From a virus: 32,537 nt of DNA. Position 1 is the first letter of the stretch. Every line of letters begins with the position of its first letter. Location: the IMG/VR virus record IMGVR_UViG_3300045988_127048; one strand, given 5' to 3'. The notes beneath the pieces are model-generated. The model did not search any database. It was given only the letters and a program-made list of their open reading frames with translations, and was not told where the DNA came from. Shown here in pieces: positions 30,815 to 32,537 of this stretch. A program made the position numbers and the translations under genes.

Positions 30815-31236
30815 CGCTCCGTGAGGTGGTGGCCGCGCTGGAGGGCGCGGCGCTGGCGCAGCCGTCCGTGGAGACGGTGGTGCCGCAGGACATCTTCCGC
30901 CTGTCGGCGATGCCGGCGGCGCGGTACGGTGTGTTCGGGTGGACGCAGGGGATGCACGTCCAGCAGGCGGGGAGCCCGCTGGTCACCTACGCGTTCACGC
31001 TCTTCTACGTGGACAGGCTGACGGCCGACCGCGCGAACGAGCTGGAGATTCAGTCGGTCGGGGTGGACACCCTCGCCGACATCCTGAGGGCCGTGGAAGG
31101 TGACGGGCGGCTCTTCATCGCGAACTCCGTCACCTATCAGACGTTTAACCAAAGATTTGCCGACGAGTGCGCCGGCGTGTTTGCAAATGTGTATATCGGA
31201 GCTGCTCAGAGCACTGTGTGCGCGGAAAATTCATAA
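30811..31236 (+). CDS. Structural protein (hypothetical)
   Basis: 141 aa from the ATG at 30811 (ATGA overlap), directly upstream of the tail fibre. Confidence 0.4.
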   Translation: MTLREVVAALEGAALAQPSVETVVPQDIFRLSAMPAARYGVFGWTQGMHVQQAGSPLVTYAFTLFYVDRLTADRANELEIQSVGVDTLADILRAVEGDGRLFIANSVTYQTFNQRFADECAGVFANVYIGAAQSTVCAENS

Positions 31237-31249
31237 CAATTACGACGAT

Positions 31250-32537
31250 ATGAACTACTCGAAGTTAATCGCGGCCATTGACGACCGCATAAGGGCGAAC
31301 GGCCGGAGGGAAATCACCGGCCAGACGCTGCACGATGTCCTTGAGGCTATGGTCAGGAGCCTCGGGGCGGGCTACCAGGTGGCCGGCGTGCTCGGGCCTG
31401 ACGACGACCCGGGGGAGCCTGACCAGCGGTTCGCGTGGCTGGCCTCGGAGGCCGGGGTCTACCGCCACTGCGGGGGCGTGTCCGTGACGGAGCTGTCGTG
31501 GCTCGTCTGGGGCGGCGGGCAGTGGCTGGTGAGGGCGGTGGACGTGCCGTTCGGCGCGTCGGTCCGGGAGTGGATAGCGGACGCGGTGGCCGAGGAGCGC
31601 AGCCGCGCCCTGATAGCCGAGGCCCTTCTGCAGGAGGGCATCGACAAGGAGGTGGCCGACAGGACGGAAGCCGTGGCGGCTGAAGCGCGGGAGCGCAAGG
31701 CTGCGGACGCGGAGGAGAAGGCCGCCCGGGAGAAGGCCATGGCCGACGAGCAGGCGCGTGCCGAAAGGGCCGAGCAGGCCAACGCGGCGGCGATAGCCAA
31801 GGAGGTAGCCGACAGGGCGGAGGCCGTCAAGGCCGAGGCTGACGCGCGCACCGCTGCGGATGCCGCCCTGGGGGACAGGATTGACGCGGAGACCGCCGAG
31901 AGGAAGAGCGCGGACGCCGCCCTCGACGGCAGGGTGACGGCCGTGGAGGCCAAGATACCGGCGCAGGCGAGCGCGGAGAACCAGCTTGCGGACAAGGCGT
32001 TCGTGAATTCCTCCATATCGACGGCCACGGCCACCTTCCGGGGGACGTTCGAGAGCCTTGAGGCGCTGAAGGCGGCGGAGGCGGACAAGAACGATTACGC
32101 CTTCTGGGTGCACAAGGACGAGGCCGGGAACACCTGCTATGACAAGTACACCTACGACGGCGCGGAGTGGCGGTTCGAGTACCGCCTGAACAACTCCAGC
32201 TTCACGGCGGCGCAGTGGGCGGCCCTCAACTCCGGGGTGACGGCCGACGTCATCGCGGCGCTGCAGGCGGCTGACAAGGCCACCGCCGCGGCGTTGGCGC
32301 AGGAGACCGCCGACCGCAAGGAGGGGGACAAGGCGAACGCCGACGCGGTGGCTGCCGAGAAGACGCGCGCTCAGGCGGCGGAGAAGGTGAACGCCGACGC
32401 CATCGCCAAGGAGACGGAAGACCGCAAGGAGGGGGACAAGGCGAACGCCGACGCGGTGGCTGCCGAGAAGACGCGCGCTCAGGCGGCGGAGAAGGTGAAC
32501 GCCGACGCCATCGCCAAGGAGACGGAAGACCGCAAGG
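31250..32537 (+). CDS. Tail fibre protein, N-terminal portion (3' partial; runs off the window and continues at base 1)
   Basis: The ATG at 31250 is followed by no stop before the window end, which is why the ORF track omits it. It begins MNYSKLIAAIDDRIRANGRREITGQTLHDVLEAM..., continues as a long Ala/Glu/Arg coiled coil, and ends in the 108-bp repeats. Confidence 0.8.
   Translation, partial: MNYSKLIAAIDDRIRANGRREITGQTLHDVLEAMVRSLGAGYQVAGVLGPDDDPGEPDQRFAWLASEAGVYRHCGGVSVTELSWLVWGGGQWLVRAVDVPFGASVREWIADAVAEERSRALIAEALLQEGIDKEVADRTEAVAAEARERKAADAEEKAAREKAMADEQARAERAEQANAAAIAKEVADRAEAVKAEADARTAADAALGDRIDAETAERKSADAALDGRVTAVEAKIPAQASAENQLADKAFVNSSISTATATFRGTFESLEALKAAEADKNDYAFWVHKDEAGNTCYDKYTYDGAEWRFEYRLNNSSFTAAQWAALNSGVTADVIAALQAADKATAAALAQETADRKEGDKANADAVAAEKTRAQAAEKVNADAIAKETEDRKEGDKANADAVAAEKTRAQAAEKVNADAIAKETEDRK
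32312..32537 (+). repeat. 108-bp tandem repeat (2 copies + 10 nt), a duplicate of 1-226
   Basis: Units at 32312-32419 and 32420-32527, with a third starting at 32528. In frame with the ORF from 31250. Confidence 0.9.

Larger units (their letters stand above)
1..32537. mobile_element. Complete temperate tailed-phage genome (integrase, repressor, terminase, portal, capsid, tail fibre, lysis), circular contig opened inside the tail-fibre gene
   Basis: A full set of phage modules is present. Bases 1-226 appear identical to 32312-32537, and one ORF spans the junction in frame. Confidence 0.85.

Noticed and set aside
31600-32537. Diversity-generating retroelement (TR/VR pair) acting on the tail fibre
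   Set aside because: No reverse transcriptase ORF is present anywhere in the window. The repeats are perfect tandem copies rather than a template/variable pair differing at adenines.

Overview
The window reads as one complete temperate tailed-phage (Caudoviricetes) genome. It is visibly GC-rich and was linearised inside its own tail-fibre gene. Bases 1-226 and 32312-32537 look identical by eye: two copies of a 108-bp, 36-codon tandem repeat plus 10 nt. The tail-fibre ORF runs off the right end in frame and continues at base 1, so the true circle is about 32.3 kb.

Nearly all genes are on the + strand and are tightly coupled by ATGA or TGATG start/stop overlaps. Only the integrase and the XRE-type repressor are on the - strand.

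Module order:
- tail-fibre C-terminal part (1-1779)
- lysis cassette (1782-2962)
- HicAB toxin-antitoxin moron (3084-3711)
- integrase and repressor (3895-5851, - strand)
- early, recombination and replication genes (5957-12047): excisionase-like HTH, Rad52-like annealase, Gp157-like protein, replication organiser with an internal iteron origin, SSB, RuvC, C5-MTase-like protein
- two tRNA-like RNA elements (12056-12265)
- low-GC cargo genes (12288-13660)
- late-regulation block with a sigma factor split into two ORFs (14228-14852)
- ParB-fused N6-adenine methyltransferase and NinB-like protein
- terminase and structural genes (17452-32537)

Bacteroidota-type promoter boxes (TTTG / TAnnTTTG) and a Bacteroidota-style integrase suggest a GC-rich Bacteroidales host. 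That host call is inference only.

Most worth following up:
- the anticodon-arm-less tRNA-like pair next to the low-GC cargo island
- the two-ORF sigma factor, together with a terminator-plus-ATAT..CGTAAAA motif repeated in front of three late genes
- a lambda-like iteron origin inside the replication gene
- a probable -1 frameshift in a chaperone-like gene

The many long antisense ORFs in the six-frame track are GC-driven artefacts. No database search, tRNA scan or RNA folding was run, so all function calls rest on motif recognition by eye.
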